From Octopus sinensis (lineage: Eukaryota), in the NCBI RefSeq assembly GCF_006345805.1, contig NC_042997.1, forward strand, positions 168,268,001-168,332,000: a stretch of 64,000 nt of DNA, given 5' to 3'. The notes under the pieces were generated by a model, which was not told the origin of the DNA, did no database searches, and saw only the letters and a list, made by a program, of their open reading frames with translations. A program made the position numbers and the translations under genes. Shown one piece after another: positions 1 through 13,170 of this stretch (the first letter of the stretch is position 1; every line of letters starts with the position of its first letter).

Positions 1-534
1 TCAATTGGCGTATCAAGTTTTGGGCATTTTGATTGGGTTTTGGATAGAAAATTCACAAAAAAGTCACTTCCATTGATTTTTTAATGGCTTTGCAGGGTGA
101 CTGGGGAAATGTAAAGATGTGCACAACCACCCTTGGACGGTTTTGAATGACCATAGAAAGTGCAAGCCCTCTAACTGAAAAATTGTGGATTTGTATAAAG
201 GACACACATGCAGACATTTTACTGTTTATATATAGAGGTAACACACTCATACACATATGTAAATGTATACACACTCAGGTAATAATGAGTTTAAGATAGT
301 GGTTTCTAAAGACATTCTGTGTTGGCAATCAGGAAGTTGAGTTATTTCTTGTAGCAAATTATATTTCTAGATTACTAATAAACAAAAACCTTCTTGGGAT
401 GCAGATTTTGAAGATTAAATTCTGTTTTTGTCTAGGATGCATTGTTTTGGTGCCTTTCGGTGACATGCACATATACATATACACATACACTCTCATTTAT
501 AAAGTATATATATATATGGAAATTGTAGTTGTGA

Positions 535-845
535 TACCTGTGCCGGTGGCACGTAAGAAGCACCATCTGAATGTGGCCGATGCTAGCGCTGGCTTCCGTG
601 CCGGTGGCACGTAAAAAGCACCAACTGATCATGGCCGTTGCCAGCCTCCCCTGGCACCTGTGCCAGTGGCACGTAAAAAGCACCCGCTACACTCACGGAG
701 TGGTTGGTCTTAGGAAGGGCATCCAGCTATAGAAAACACTGCCAGGTCAGATTGGAGCCTGGTGCAACCTCCTGGCTTCCCAGACCCCGGTCGAACTGTC
801 CAACCCATGCTAGTATGGGAAACGGACGTTAAACGATGATGATGA
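535..845 (+). mobile_element. RTE-tailed SINE-like repeat (family C) ending in (GAT)n; copies at about 2780-3105, 8805-9130, 16730-17050, 31958-32490, 35400-35590, 41040-41300, 44865-45150, 49050-49505, 55155-55400, 56925-57310
   Basis: Internal tandem gtggcacgtaaaaagcacc units, a conserved ggttggcgttaggaagggcatccagc block, and the 3' end cgttaaacgatgatgatg. Confidence 0.85.
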
Positions 846-1662
846 TATGTATATATATGAAAAGTTCCAGGCTTTAGAGAAAAAAATACAGGAGGATCAG
901 TTAATTGTGATTTTATTAAACATATTCCCCTCTCAGAATCACACACTGCGGTTGTCCTTCAGTTTTCCTAAACCCTGTAAAAGAACTGGAAGGTTGGACC
1001 TCCAACCAGGCCTTTTGCAATACCCTTAAAACCGGGAACTTTTCAGTATCCCCCTCATATATATTTAAGTATAAATATATGTATACATATGTGTGTGTGT
1101 GTGTGTGTGCGTGCATGTATATTTGTTTGTTTGTATACACATATGTATGTATATTATATTAAAGACACACGTGTGTCTATGGTTCTGTATTTTTGCTGCA
1201 TTTTCATATTTGTCTCTTTTCTTTAGTTTAAAACTATAAAGTTCTTAGTTTCATCAATAGTTGTGGACCTTAATCTTATTTTCTGTTTGAAGTGATTGTT
1301 AGTGGCATTTCTATAGTAAGTAGCAAGGATTGTTGAGAATGATGATGTTAATGTCATGGCAGAGTTTAAAAATTTTATACCTCGCTATTGCCAATATTGT
1401 AATTTCATTTTGGAAGGCTATATTAACTAATGACATGATTAACTAAACATTTTTGTTTCATGTTCAGTAAACACCTTGTTATAAATGCCTGATCAGTGAG
1501 TGAAGAAGTGTCATGCTTATATGCATGATGTAACAGTTTACATTAGGGAGTTAACTCAACTTCCAAGCTTACACTAAAATTTTAATATTGCATTGGTATG
1601 CTCTGTTGCTTGTCAAATTGCTTTGTGTTTGATAAAGATATTTTTAGTTATGATGTTTGTCA

Positions 1663-2537
1663 TGAGGTACATTTCAGAAGTTTGCAGACTTTTTTAGGAC
1701 ATGCCATTATAAATATCTGAGATTGTAATTTTAGTTATATCATTACTATATATTTAATAAGCTGACCTGTCAACTTTTGTTATTCCAGATCGAAGGAAAC
1801 AGCTGTAACAGCACTTTGAAAACATCCTGCTTAAACACTGCTCATCACAGATGGCTAGTTTGCAGAAAGCAGTGGGGGTGCTCGGAAGCTTGTTGTGCAA
1901 AAACACTACAGAAATTTATGAAATGCACCAGACTTATTATAGATTGACTTTTTCTCTGACACCAAAGGTTCATAGATGGCTGAAAGGAGGTGAGAGATGA
2001 CGAGCAAATCGGGAGCAAGAGGGACATCAGAGCTGGTTGAGGCAATTTGCAATTTTCTGGATGAAGACAATTTGTGTCTATAAAGACAATAAGCACACAA
2101 TTTAGAGTTGGTATGGCAACTGTACACAGAATTATTTGCGGAAATCTGGACATGTGCAAAATTTGTGCAAAGCTTGTTTCCAGGGTGCTCAGTGTTAAGC
2201 ATCCTGGTAACCAATTACTTGACAGAGATTGGCATCAAAATTGTCTCTCGCCCTACCCATAGTCCAGACCTTACTCCCTGTGACTTTTGGTTGTTCCCCA
2301 AGCTGAAGGAGAACCTCAGGAACAGTCATTTTGAAGATGAAGGAGGCTGTGACAAAGGTCCTGGAAACCTTCACTTTGGCGGACTTCCAAGGTGGCCTTC
2401 ATGAACTGGCTGGAGTGCCACAACAAGTGCACTGAAGTCAGAGGATCCTACTTTGAAGGAGGTTGAGGTTTTGTACTTCCCTGAAATTAATAAGTGTCTC
2501 TCCTGAAAAAGTCTGAAAACTTCTGGCATGCACCTTG
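1663..2537 (+). mobile_element. Internally deleted, degenerate Mariner transposon
   Basis: Imperfect TIRs (tgaggtacatttcagaagtttgcagacttttt / aaaagtctgaaaacttctggcatgcaccttg, then TA). The transposase relic contains SPDLTPCDFWLFPKLKENLR. Confidence 0.85.
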
Positions 2538-3127
2538 TATATTTTTACAGATAGACAGTAGTTAAATGTAAGACTTGTGTTCTGTTTTATGATTTCTTTC
2601 TATTATAGGCTTAGCTATATGGTTAAGAAGCTCACTTTGCAACCATGTGGTTTGGGATTCAGTTACATTGCATGGCACTTTAAGAAGTGTTTTCTATGAT
2701 AGCCCCAGGCTGACCAATGCTTGGTGAGTTACTTCGGAGGACAGAAACTTTGTGCAAGCATGTTGTGTATGTTATCATCACCTTCATTTAGCATCTGCTT
2801 TTCATGCTGGCATGGGTTAGATGGTTTGACTGGAACCTGGTAAGCCGGAGAGCTGTATCAAGTTCCAGTCTGATTTGGCATGGTCTCTACAGCTGGATGC
2901 CCTTCCTGATGCCAGCCACTTCAAGAGTGTAATGGATGCTTTTTTATGTGCCACCAGAACCAGTGCCAGTTATGTGACACTGGTATTGGCCACAACTATG
3001 ATTTCACTTGGCTTGATGAGTCCAGTGGAATCATAGCCATAGCCAATGCTGGTCTCATGTAACTGGTACCTGTGCCAATGGCATGTAAAAAGCACCCATT
3101 ACACTATGTATATATATATATATATAT

Positions 3128-3358
3128 CGGCGAGTTGGCAGAAACGTTAGCGCGCTGGGTGAAATGCTTAGCAGTATTTTGTCTGCCGTTACGTTCTGAG
3201 TTCAAATTCCACTGAGGTCGACTTTGCCTTTCATCCTTTCGGGGTCGATTAAATAAGTACCAGTTACACACTGGGGTCGATCTAATCGACTTAATCCCTT
3301 TATCTGTCCTTGTTTGTCGCCTCTATGTTTAGCCCCTTGTGGGCAATAAAGAAATAAG
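3128..3358 (+). mobile_element. Family A SINE; other copies at about 26139-26375(-), 30948-31160, 38250-38430, 41420-41630(-), 57895-58140(-), 63067-63295
   Basis: Shared A/B-box-like head (gagttggcaga...gagttcaaattcc) and tail (gtcgattaaataagtacc...aataaagaaata). Confidence 0.88.
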
Positions 3359-3718
3359 TTGAACTGGTTTTTGCATTGTCCTTCTGTTTGGTTTACTAAT
3401 TTGTTTGATACAAACCAAATATCTCTCACACTCCCATAATAATTGGAATGTAATCATTGATTGCTAAAACTAACTTGAGAAGCAATACTTACAATTTCAA
3501 ATTCTGCAATGATGGTATCTTCATTGACAATGTTGTTTCCTCAGTCCTTCATAGCAGGCAAAGCATGAAAGATACAGGCACCCTGTATTTTTTTTTTTTT
3601 TTGTCTAATAAAATATCTAGACTCTACTTCTGTATTGAGTCCTTTTTCAGTGAACATTATCTGTTATTTTTTAATATAAATTTCACAACTCTTACTTCAT
3701 ATATGTGTGTAAACATGT

Positions 3719-3750
<32 letters not shown>

Positions 3751-5949
3751 TCATCATCCTCATTTAACATTTGTCTTTGATGCTGGCATGGGTTAGATTG
3801 GTTTGGCAGGTTGGAGAACTGCATCATGCTCCAGTGTCTACTTTGGAATGGTTTCTTGGGCTGGATGCCTTTCCTAACACCAGCCACTTTGCAGAGTGTG
3901 CTGAGTGCATTTTTCATGGCACCAGCACTAGTGATGCCACCATGAAACATGCATGACTAAAGAGCCTCATCAACTGAGTGGGAATATAGTAAGTAGGGAG
4001 GCAGCTTTATGCTATGCGCTGAAACATTAAAGTATGATAGAAGGAACACATTGCTACTCCACATTGTATAAGGGTGAGAGTAATACACCTACTGTACATT
4101 CACCTATAAGAATGAGGTCATTTGTATATAGTAGTTATTTCCCATGTGTATCCAGTTTTAAATTCCTCTGTTATGGCCTGGAGGAGTATAATTATAGAAG
4201 GGGACTGAGAACGTAGCCCTGGTGAATCCCTGTCTGCTGTATTTGTTGCTAACTCTTGTACTGCTGACAATACCTCTTCTAGAAGAGAAAAAGAAAAGAA
4301 TTTTATTGAGAAGCTTATAATAATTCTGAATAGACTATGATATGAACAAGAAGAATAATATCAATATTGATATAAATTTAGTTTTGTCTGGGGAGAGTTA
4401 TATTGTCTTAATGCCTATTGTCTAATACACTCACTGGTTCGATTTCCACTCTTTTATTATTTATATATTTCTTCTTCTAAAATTTTTGTTGCTTTTGCAA
4501 CCTTGTCAATGGATGTTGACCTGATACAAAAACGAAGATTCAAATTTAATTTTACTCAAAAACTGTAGTAATACTGACAGTATTACCAATCTGAATTTGC
4601 ATTTAATTTCATTTAATTATTTAATAAAATTATTTAAGGCAGGACTGTGGTTTGTAGTATCAGATGTTTCACAACATTTGACTGTAGCTAAATCCTCTTA
4701 TCTCTGATTGGTCCAAATGTTTTTATGAATAAGTCAATGTCAGCATGACACCTAAGCCACACACTGATTGGTTAAAATAGTGTCTGCATGCTATAACCTA
4801 TTGGGGTCTATTGAAAGGTATTTCAAGGGAAAATCCCATTGTTAAATGTGAAGTTTTGTTAATGCTACTACATAGACATTTACCTGAAGTTTGTTATGAA
4901 ACATGAAAGTATTTGTAACATTTTAATATGTAAAAATTATGAATAAACGATAAGAAATGTGAAAATCAGACTATATTCGAATTTGATTGACTAACACACA
5001 CACACACACACACACACTCACACACATGCAAGCACAATAGTAAGACATGGAACTAAACTGCAAAATCCAACTTGTTGAAAGAAACAGCTCTCAGATAAGG
5101 CAACAATATCCATCATGTGTTCTTTTATTCTTGTAGTCTTTTATTTGTTTCAATCATTTGGCTGTGGCCATGCTGGAGCATGACTTTAAGGGGTTTTAGT
5201 TGACAAATCAACTCCAGGACATACTTTTTAAAGTCTAGTACTTATTCTATGAGTCACTTTTGCTGAACTGCTAAGTTACAAGGATGTAAATACACCAACA
5301 CTTGTTGTCAAGTGGTGATGGGGTGACAAACACTGGCACTTAGACACATACACATAGATACACACACACACACACACGCACACACACACACACACACACA
5401 TACATACATATACGATGGGCTTCTTTCAGTTTCTGTCTACTGAATCTACTCATGAGGCTTTGGTTGACCTGGGGCTATAGTAGAAGACACTTGCCCAAGG
5501 TACCATGTAGTAGGACTGAACCTGAAACCATGTGGTTGGGAAGCAAGCTTCTTATCACACGGCTATGCCTGTGCCTATGTATGTAACAAATTCCATAGAA
5601 AGTAAATCAGTTTTTCTTTTAGTAGATATCTCATTATCATTCCAGCTTCATACATTTCAAAAGCCATCTTGAAAATCAGAAATGGGTTCTTTGGCAGTCA
5701 CTTGATGACAACCTGAACTCACTACATTTCCTTAGATCCCCTGCTTGACCAAAACCATGCTCCAGTCTCACATGCCCATTTTTTTTTCTGTTTTAGAGTT
5801 ATAGAAACCTTTTCATAGTCATCTCATGCAAGTGAGTATGACTTGGTAGTGTGTACTATGCTTTCACCAATTGTGCTTATGTAGTCACAAGTAGATGTAG
5901 ACAGTCTCTCAGTCATCCTATCTTTGACCCAGGGTAATGTGATTATTTT

Positions 5950-7560
5950 TTTGTTTCTAAATGAGTAGCAATTGTATCTTTTTGCCATTAACAGAGACAA
6001 GATTTGTGCATCCCTATTGGAGGTTGATTCCAAGGTTTCTTTTCATGGAGTCAGTGTGTGTTTAGGTTGCAAATGGATAATGCATGGTTGTTGATTATAT
6101 CAGCGAGGTCTAAAAGATAGTGTTGTCTGTGTAAGAATGAGTTTTGTTAAATGCAGTAGTAAGTCAGTTAGTGGCAAAACTGAACCTTGTGGCAGGTTGG
6201 AGTTGATAGAATGAGGGACTAAAGAGCTTCATTAACACATATTAATAATATGATCTGATAGGGAGCTAACAGATAGGTAGAGCCCAGAGGCAGGAAGTTT
6301 AGATAGGAGATTTGCATATTAGGCACAGATGAGAGCTTTTCTGATGTTGAGGGCTACATTACTTTCAACAAATTCTTCCAAGGCAAGCACCCACTGGTGG
6401 GTGACAAAGAACAGTAAGGTCACCCGGTGGATCTGGCTTTACAAAAACTGAGGAGAGAAAAATATTCAATGTGTTGGAGGACAACACATTTTAAATGGCT
6501 GTCTCCATTACCTTAGGATATTAGAAGTGAGTGTAATAGGAGTAATGGGATTGAAAGGGTTTTTTTTTTTCCAAGGTGGGATACACTGTAGCATGCTTCA
6601 AAAGATAAGTGTAGATCCCTTGAGAGATGTAATGTTAGAGAATGATGGAAGGGACACCATCAGGACCTGTGACTTTGTTGGTTTGAAGTGATAAAAGGTA
6701 TTTTCAAACTGGGCATGTACGTATGTAAGGTGACAGACCTGGAAAGGTGGGAAAAAAATAGAATTGGAGAAGATTTACCAGGTATGTACAATGTAGTGTT
6801 GATTGCAAAATAGGAAGCAAAGATGAAGGCTTTCTCTGTGGGAGCTGTTCATGGAACCATTGCTATTATGAAGTGGAAAGAAAAAGGATTCTGTAAAATT
6901 GGTAAAAATTCAAAAGGACTGATTTTTGTTGAGAAGGTGGAATTGGTTGAGAGTTGTATGAGATACAATGTCATCTTTTGTTGTTCAGATAATGACCTTG
7001 TAAGGCAGCGAGCTGGCAGAAATGTTAGCACGCCGGGCAAAATGCTTAGTGGTATTTCGTCTGCCATTATGTTCTGAATTCAAATTCCGCCAAGGTCAAC
7101 TTTGCCTTTCATCCTTTTGGGGTTGATAAATTAAGTACCAGTTACACACTGGGGTCGATATAATCGACTTAATCTCTTTGTCTGTCCTTGTTTGTCCTCT
7201 CTATGTTTAGCCCCTTCTCGGCAATAAAGGAATAAGATAATGACCTTGTAACTGTTGCATGGCTGGGTAAATATCACATAGCTTTGGTGGATAGGTGAGT
7301 TTCTCCAGACATTGTAAGCCTTGCGTTTTGCATTACTATGAGTGAATGACTAGTGGGGACTTGGAGTATAGGATTTTTACTGTGTGTGGGATATGAAGGG
7401 ACAAGATGAGATGGATAGTTTCAATCAACTGCCCAATTGTTCCTGATTGGTCAAAAGTAAAGCATATATTACTGTTTGGAATAGTATAAAACTGTTTCAA
7501 CTAATCAATTGACTTGAAATATCATAGGATGTAGAGAGTTATGATTGTTGTGTTGTATGT
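5950..7560 (-). mobile_element. Degenerate CR1/L2/Jockey-type LINE fragment, interrupted by a SINE
   Basis: Minus-strand relics TGPDGVPS (about 6650-6670) and LPQGSVL (about 6175-6195) with many stops. Boundaries are approximate. Confidence 0.55.
7004..7234 (+). mobile_element. tRNA-headed SINE (family A) with 17-bp target-site duplication
   Basis: ggcagcgagctggcagaaatgttagc...aataaaggaata, flanked by AGATAATGACCTTGTAA at 6987-7003 and 7235-7251. Confidence 0.9.
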
Positions 7561-7679
7561 GGATGTGTGGTAGATAGTTTCATTGTGGAAGTGGTTGGAT
7601 GGCCCAGAAGTGCAGAGACAGTTTTAGTTTGGTACAGATTAGGTTTGGAGGGGAAAAAAACACACACACAAGAAGGAAA

Positions 7680-8530
7680 CCATTTCAACCAGCCAACATC
7701 AAGCGGAGAAAAGATCAGGCCAGTGAGATGGTGAGGAGGCCACTAGCATTTTGGGACACTGTCATATTCTCTAATGAGTTCAGAATTGCTGTATTTCCTG
7801 ACAGTGGTTGAGTGAGGGTCTGGAGACTCTGTGCTCAAGAATTTGATGTGAAAAGATTGCAGCCAACAATGAAACACAGCAGCTATTCTGTGACGGTCTG
7901 GGGAGCAATTTGGAGCAATGGTTGATCAGAGCTGGTGGAGTGTGAGGGAAACATAAACTCAGATAAATATGCATCCATATTGCAGAAAGGACCCCTTCCA
8001 ATCAGTGTGAAATGTCCCAAAATGCTAGTGGCCTCCTCACCATCTCATTGGCCCAATCTTTTCTCCGGTTGAAGTGGATTCCTTCTTGCTGCTCTGCCAT
8101 AGTAACCAAGTTTGTGGAGATACCTAACAGCAGTTCTGGGACTGACATCAGCTTGTTCTGCAATGTCAGAGGCATTTCATCAAGGATTATCCTCCACATT
8201 TCTCTTAGCAAAGAGAAGGGTCCTGTCAGAGGGTTCTGGTTGATCTGGGCAGGGTAATGTTGACTCCTTCCCCTCTCTGGTGAATTGCACAATCACTCTA
8301 TTGTCAAAAGTAGGATCCCAAGGTTTTCTGCAATTTTTTGCTATGTCCACCTTCAAAATGACCCACAATACGGCCTCTTTGAAATTCAGACAGTTCCAAG
8401 GCTTCTTTTGTACATGGCATGATTAAACAATCACATATAGAACCTGAAGCATAAAAATGTCAATTAATAAAAAGTATAAACCTTTACAAGTTAGAATAAA
8501 CATAAAACTATGTTTTATGGGGCATTTATT
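7680..8530. mobile_element. Rearranged Tc1-like transposase relic
   Basis: Minus strand 8400-8005 gives the N-terminal region up to ...RRKDWANEMVRRPLAFWD. Plus strand 7690-8000 repeats RRKDQASEMVRRPLAFWD and continues into DDE-domain-like VTVWGAIWS. Confidence 0.75.
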
Positions 8531-10242
8531 TACTTCTTGTCATGTCTGTGTATATGTATGTTCTTTTATTCTGTTACTTGTTTCAGTCGTTTGACTGTGG
8601 CCATGCTGGAGCACCACCTTTAGGTGAACAAATCAACCCTAGGGCTTATTCTTTGTAAGCCTAGTACTTATTCTATTGGTTTCTTTTGCCAAACCACTAA
8701 GCTACGGGGATGTAAACACACCAACATTGGTTGTCAAGCGATGTTGGGGGGGGGGACAAACACAGACAAACAAACATATACATGTCTATATCATCATCAT
8801 CATCATCATTGTTTAACATTTGTTTTCCATACTAGCATGGGTTGGATGGTTTGACCGGGGTCTGGGAAGCCAGGAGGCTGTACCAGGCTCCAGCCTGATC
8901 TGGCAGTGTTTCTACAGCTAGATGCCCTTCCTAATGCCAACCGCTCCATGAGAGTAGTGGGTGCTTTTTACGTGCCACCAGCACAGGTGCCAGGGGAGGC
9001 TGGCAATGGCCACGATTGGTTGTTGCTTTTTAAGTGCCACCAGCATGGAAGCCAGTCAAGGTGGGGCTGGCATCGGCCACATTTGGATGGTGCTTTTTAC
9101 ATGCCACCGGCATGGGTCTCATAACTACAATTTCCATTTGATTTTTATTTGATGTTGATATATATATATATATATACATACACGATGGGCTTCTTTCAGT
9201 TTCTGTCTACCAAATCTACTCACAAGGCTTTGGTCGGCTCAAGTAGAAGACACTTGCCCAAGGTGCTACGCAGCGAGACTGAACCCAGAACCATGTGGTT
9301 GGGAAGCAAGCTTCTTACTACACAGCCATGCCTGAGAATAGTATTGATAGTAACTTCAAAGTATATTGTAATTAAGTTATGCATGCATAAAATGACCCAG
9401 GATCTTTGGCAGGTCATGGGAGCACTCCTAATGTTTCATCATACTGACAAAGCTGGTCTTTCTCCAGAGTATTGTGCAAAAATGAATTATCAAGTAATTG
9501 AAATTCTATTCACTGAGAGGCTGACTACTAATCTATGGAAGTTGTTCAAATTGGCAAATATTCATGTATTCTTTTATTGGTTTCAGTCTTTTGGACATTA
9601 GCCATACGAGTTTACCACCTTCAAGGATTTTTAGTTAATTATTTTCAGTTTCAGTTCTTACTTCAGTTCCTATTTTATTGATTTTTAGTTACTGAATGGC
9701 TAAGTTTATCTTTGATGTAAAGAGTCATAACTCAATAATTAACTACAATAGGTTATTTTTGTTTGGTTCATTGATTTACACACACACACACACACACACA
9801 CCACACACACACACACACACATGCATGTGCACACACATATACATTTATAGATACATACATACTTGTACATGAACACATGTCTGTAACTTTCTGTTGCTTC
9901 TTAATCAATCAGATATTTTTTTCTTCTCTTAATATCTTAGTTCTTTGAGAATTTATTCTTAATATCTTGAAATAACTATCTTTTCCTATTCAGAATCATT
10001 GACAATCACCACTAGTTTTTTTTTTACTTTCTCGGCATATGAAGAAAATTTTAACAAATTAAGGTGCAGCCATAGCCGTTTGGTTCAGAAGCTTGCTTCC
10101 CAACCATCTGGGTTCAGGTTCAGTTTCACTGTGTAGCACCCTGAGCAAGTGTCTTCTACTAAAGCCACAGGCTGACCAAAGCCTTGTAAGTGGATCTGAT
10201 AGAAGGAAACTGAAAGAAGACTGTCTAAATATATATATATAT

Positions 10243-10495
10243 ATCTGTAAATGTAATATGCGACAATTATTCAGTAGCCATGATAAAACTCCAAGTTTCG
10301 GATGTCGGGGTGGAAATCCATGCCGCCATCTCTTCAGTTATCTGGCAGCGTGGATTTCCACCCAGACATCTGAAACTCGGAGTTTTATCATGGCTACCAA
10401 ATAATTGTCACATATTACATTTACAGATAAATTCCTCTATTTACATAATATCGAGGTCTCTTTCATTCTTTTGTTGTCTTACCATTTCTATCAAT
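10243..10495. repeat. Hammerhead-family repeat with internal inverted duplication (hairpin about 10243-10428)
   Basis: The arms atctgtaaatgtaatatgcgacaatt...gtttcggatgtc and gacatctgaaactcggag...tgtcacatattacatttacagat are reverse complements. (TA)n lies on both sides. Confidence 0.75.
10282..10342 (-). ncRNA. Putative type I hammerhead of a second repeat family
   Basis: Minus strand reads gataa CTGAAGA gatg...catcc GAAAC ttgga GTT ttatc: 5-bp stem I, CUGAAGA core, stem II needing one bulged C, GUU site. Confidence 0.6.
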
Positions 10496-11187
10496 ATATA
10501 TATATATATATATATATTGATAGAAATGGTAAGACAAGAGAGAGAGAGAGAGAGCGACATATGTATGTGTGGGTGTTGTGTGGGCATTTGTATGTACCTT
10601 TGCAAAATAGTGACTCATACCCAAAGAAAAATCTATTTCCCATACATTTAATACTACTGAAGATTTAAAATTTAAATGCCAGTTGCATGAAGGCATTTTA
10701 TCATTTCACTCCTCTCATATTCACATTGAACATTTGTGGTCCATACAACACCCAGGCCACTGGCATACTCTCTTTGTTTTACCTTGTTTACAGTTACTAT
10801 GACACAGTTTGTTTATCAAAACTTGTCAAAAGCATCCTATCTTTATTGGATACTATTAGTATCTATTAAAGGTAGGGTACATTTGACAAGGTCAGGTCAT
10901 TTAACTACTCCCTGTTAATCATGCTGCATGTATGTGCATGTTTCTCATGCTCTAAGCTCTTCACTAAATATTTTATGTAATACTCTTTCCTGTGCAGGTG
11001 ATCTTATAGAAGTGTCTTCTTCTAACTTATAACCCTTTTAATACCAACAACCCACCTAAGACTGTCCTTATTGTATGATATAGACTTGTTGTTTTTAAGT
11101 GATCTAAATTAAAACCTTCCACCAGAACTCCATATTTATTTGTGTTCCTAACTCCAGTTTCATAATAAAAAAAGTTATTTTACTAAA

Positions 11188-11619
11188 TCTATATATATAA
11201 AGCTGAAGTTGTCTGTGTGTGGTAGGTTTGGTAGCCTTCAACTAAAACTATCTCCTCCGAGACCCTGCGGCGCAAGTTGTAGCCTTCAACTAACACTATC
11301 TTCTCCGAGACCCTGCAGCGCAAGTTGACCAAAATCGAGAGTATGATAGAAAAAGGCTTGCTCTTCATTCCGTAGAAGATAAAATTCAAATCGGACCATG
11401 TTAAGACCAAAAATTATTTACATCAAAAGGGTGCTTTTTTTCTATGAAAATCCCTATTTTTTACAATTTTTTGACTGCTGTGTCACCATTTTTTGGTGTA
11501 TTTCAACCAGAAAAATGTTCACTTAAAGAGTATAACAAGCTACATAATGCAAAATTTTTACTTTTCAAAAATTCCAAAGGGTCAAAACAAACCTAAGCAA
11601 TGCCGGACGATACTGCTAT
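11188..11619 (+). mobile_element. Non-autonomous Helitron
   Basis: 5' TCTATATATATAAAGC; degenerate 3' end cctaagcaatgccggacgatactgctat, resembling cccgagcaacgccggg...ctag. Confidence 0.7.
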
Positions 11620-12471
11620 TACTTTGATATTTTCCAAATTAACTGCAACAAAGGCAGAGTATTTCAAAAGAAATTTTGTAACAAAAGGGTTAAGCTCGAT
11701 ATCAACTATATGTTCCTCACAGATCTCCCATGTATTCAGTCTCAAATGATGCTCACAGAGTATAGGTAGTGCTAGTTCTTCAGGTAATTGGTGACCCAAC
11801 TTGTCTGAAGATTCTGTGTGCCTACAGGTGAAACTCCAAGTACCAAATAACATATCGTTCATTTCTACTATGGTTGAATGCTCTTTTCTCTGACACTTAA
11901 TACTAAAAGGATTTGTGTGTGTGGTATATATATATATGTGTGTGTGCATGCACCCCACCACACACACACAGGCACACACATAATCTCCAATTGTAATTCC
12001 TCCCTATTGGTTCTTACTTGCCATTTTTCCATTGAAACCTTTTACTATTCTAACACCTGCCCCACATATTTCATTGTCCCCAGTCAAAACACCCTTCTTT
12101 CTTACCTTTCTTTTTCTAATTTTCTCTTTCTGTTTTTTTTTTGTTTCCCTCCTTTTTCCTCTTCACCATCATACCCTACAACAGGAATCTTAAATATAAA
12201 TGTGTATATTCCATCATTTCTCCAGTTGAAGACCCTTTGCAACTACAGGCAAAACTCAAAATAGCAAGAGACTCACTCAACTGAAATGAACTATTATTAA
12301 TCTCAATTTCTACTATGGTTTTGAGTACTCTTTTCTTTTCCACCCACACATCCATCCCTCTATATATATGGACACATGCACACTTCCTACACAATTCCTG
12401 CCAATATTTGGATAATGAAGTTCTAGGAATATTTTTAATGTCTTCACTGAATGTATTTCCTCATTCTCCAG

Positions 12472-12581
12472 GTATAACTGCTGGATGCAATCTGATGAGC
12501 TGTTAAGCTTAACTGCTTCAGAAAGACTCACTTTGGAAGAAGAATACGAGAACCAAATCAGCTGGCGGCAAGATGAAAAAA
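12472..12581 (+). CDS. NAT9: NAT9 coding exon, first one visible (internal; upstream start exon not found)
   Basis: ttctccag|G TAT AAC TGC TGG ATG...GAT GAA AAA A|gttggt. Encodes (K/R)YNCWMQSDELLSLTASERLTLEEEYENQISWRQDEK, matching the recalled NAT9 motif [31 protein letters not shown]. The phase joins the next exon. Confidence 0.93.
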
Positions 12582-12699
12582 GTTGGTGGACTTGTTTTAT
12601 TATTCATCAATTTTATAAACATTTCAACCATTTCATATTTTATTTTAATCCTAACATATTATACTAGTGTAATACAAGTTGAGAAATTTTGTAATATTG

Positions 12700-13170
12700 G
12701 ATATAGCATTGATCTCAAAAGTATCCAATCAGGTGGTCCTGTTAGAACTCTTCATTCCATTGAAGGACTGCATTGAGGATACAAATAAGTGTAAGAGAAG
12801 GAAATATGCTAAGCTGTGGAGCTATGCCAAAGCCATGGGTAACAGGCAAGGTATGATCCCATTAAGGTGGGATGTAGAGGGTTTGCAAGCCAATCCCACT
12901 GCAGAATTTACAACATGCTTTGTATCACAGAGGCAAGTAGGCAAAAGGCTATCAAATTGACTGTGGAGGCAGCAGAGCTGTTGCCTCAAGGTGGCTGTGG
13001 ATCAGGAGGTATGAGCCCTGGAAGGGGCAGTGCTAACTGGACACTAGCTGGTGTTTAATCATCCCTGGTTGGGTTGCTGGGTGAGTTTATCAGAGGTTGA
13101 AACACCCAACATACCTCATGGCCCTTGGGAAAACCACTGATGATATGTCAAGTTGCATCCCAGGATGATG
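12700..13170 (+). mobile_element. 3' fragment of a restriction-like-endonuclease non-LTR retrotransposon (Hero/NeSL-like)
   Basis: Frameshifted QVVLLEL..P..D.IED...KRRKY and VGCRGF...AIK....AAE motifs in ORFs 12679 and 12867. Confidence 0.7.

Noticed and set aside
399-500. ORF MQILKIKFCFCLGCIVLVPFGDMHI resembles the missing NAT9 N-terminus (VVLVPYxxxHV)
   Set aside because: No phase-2 GT donor follows the His codon; the frame runs into (TA/CA)n and the spacing to the start is off. Probably chance, though worth a check against a transcript.
5797-5831. 35-nt segment with a good acceptor and GTGAGT donor
   Set aside because: No NAT9 similarity in any frame and no supporting evidence; treated as a pseudo-exon.
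13095-13150. GAAAC (about 13099) and CTGATGA (13137-13143) in the Hero-like 3' UTR
   Set aside because: No stems I and II can be formed in a valid hammerhead topology.
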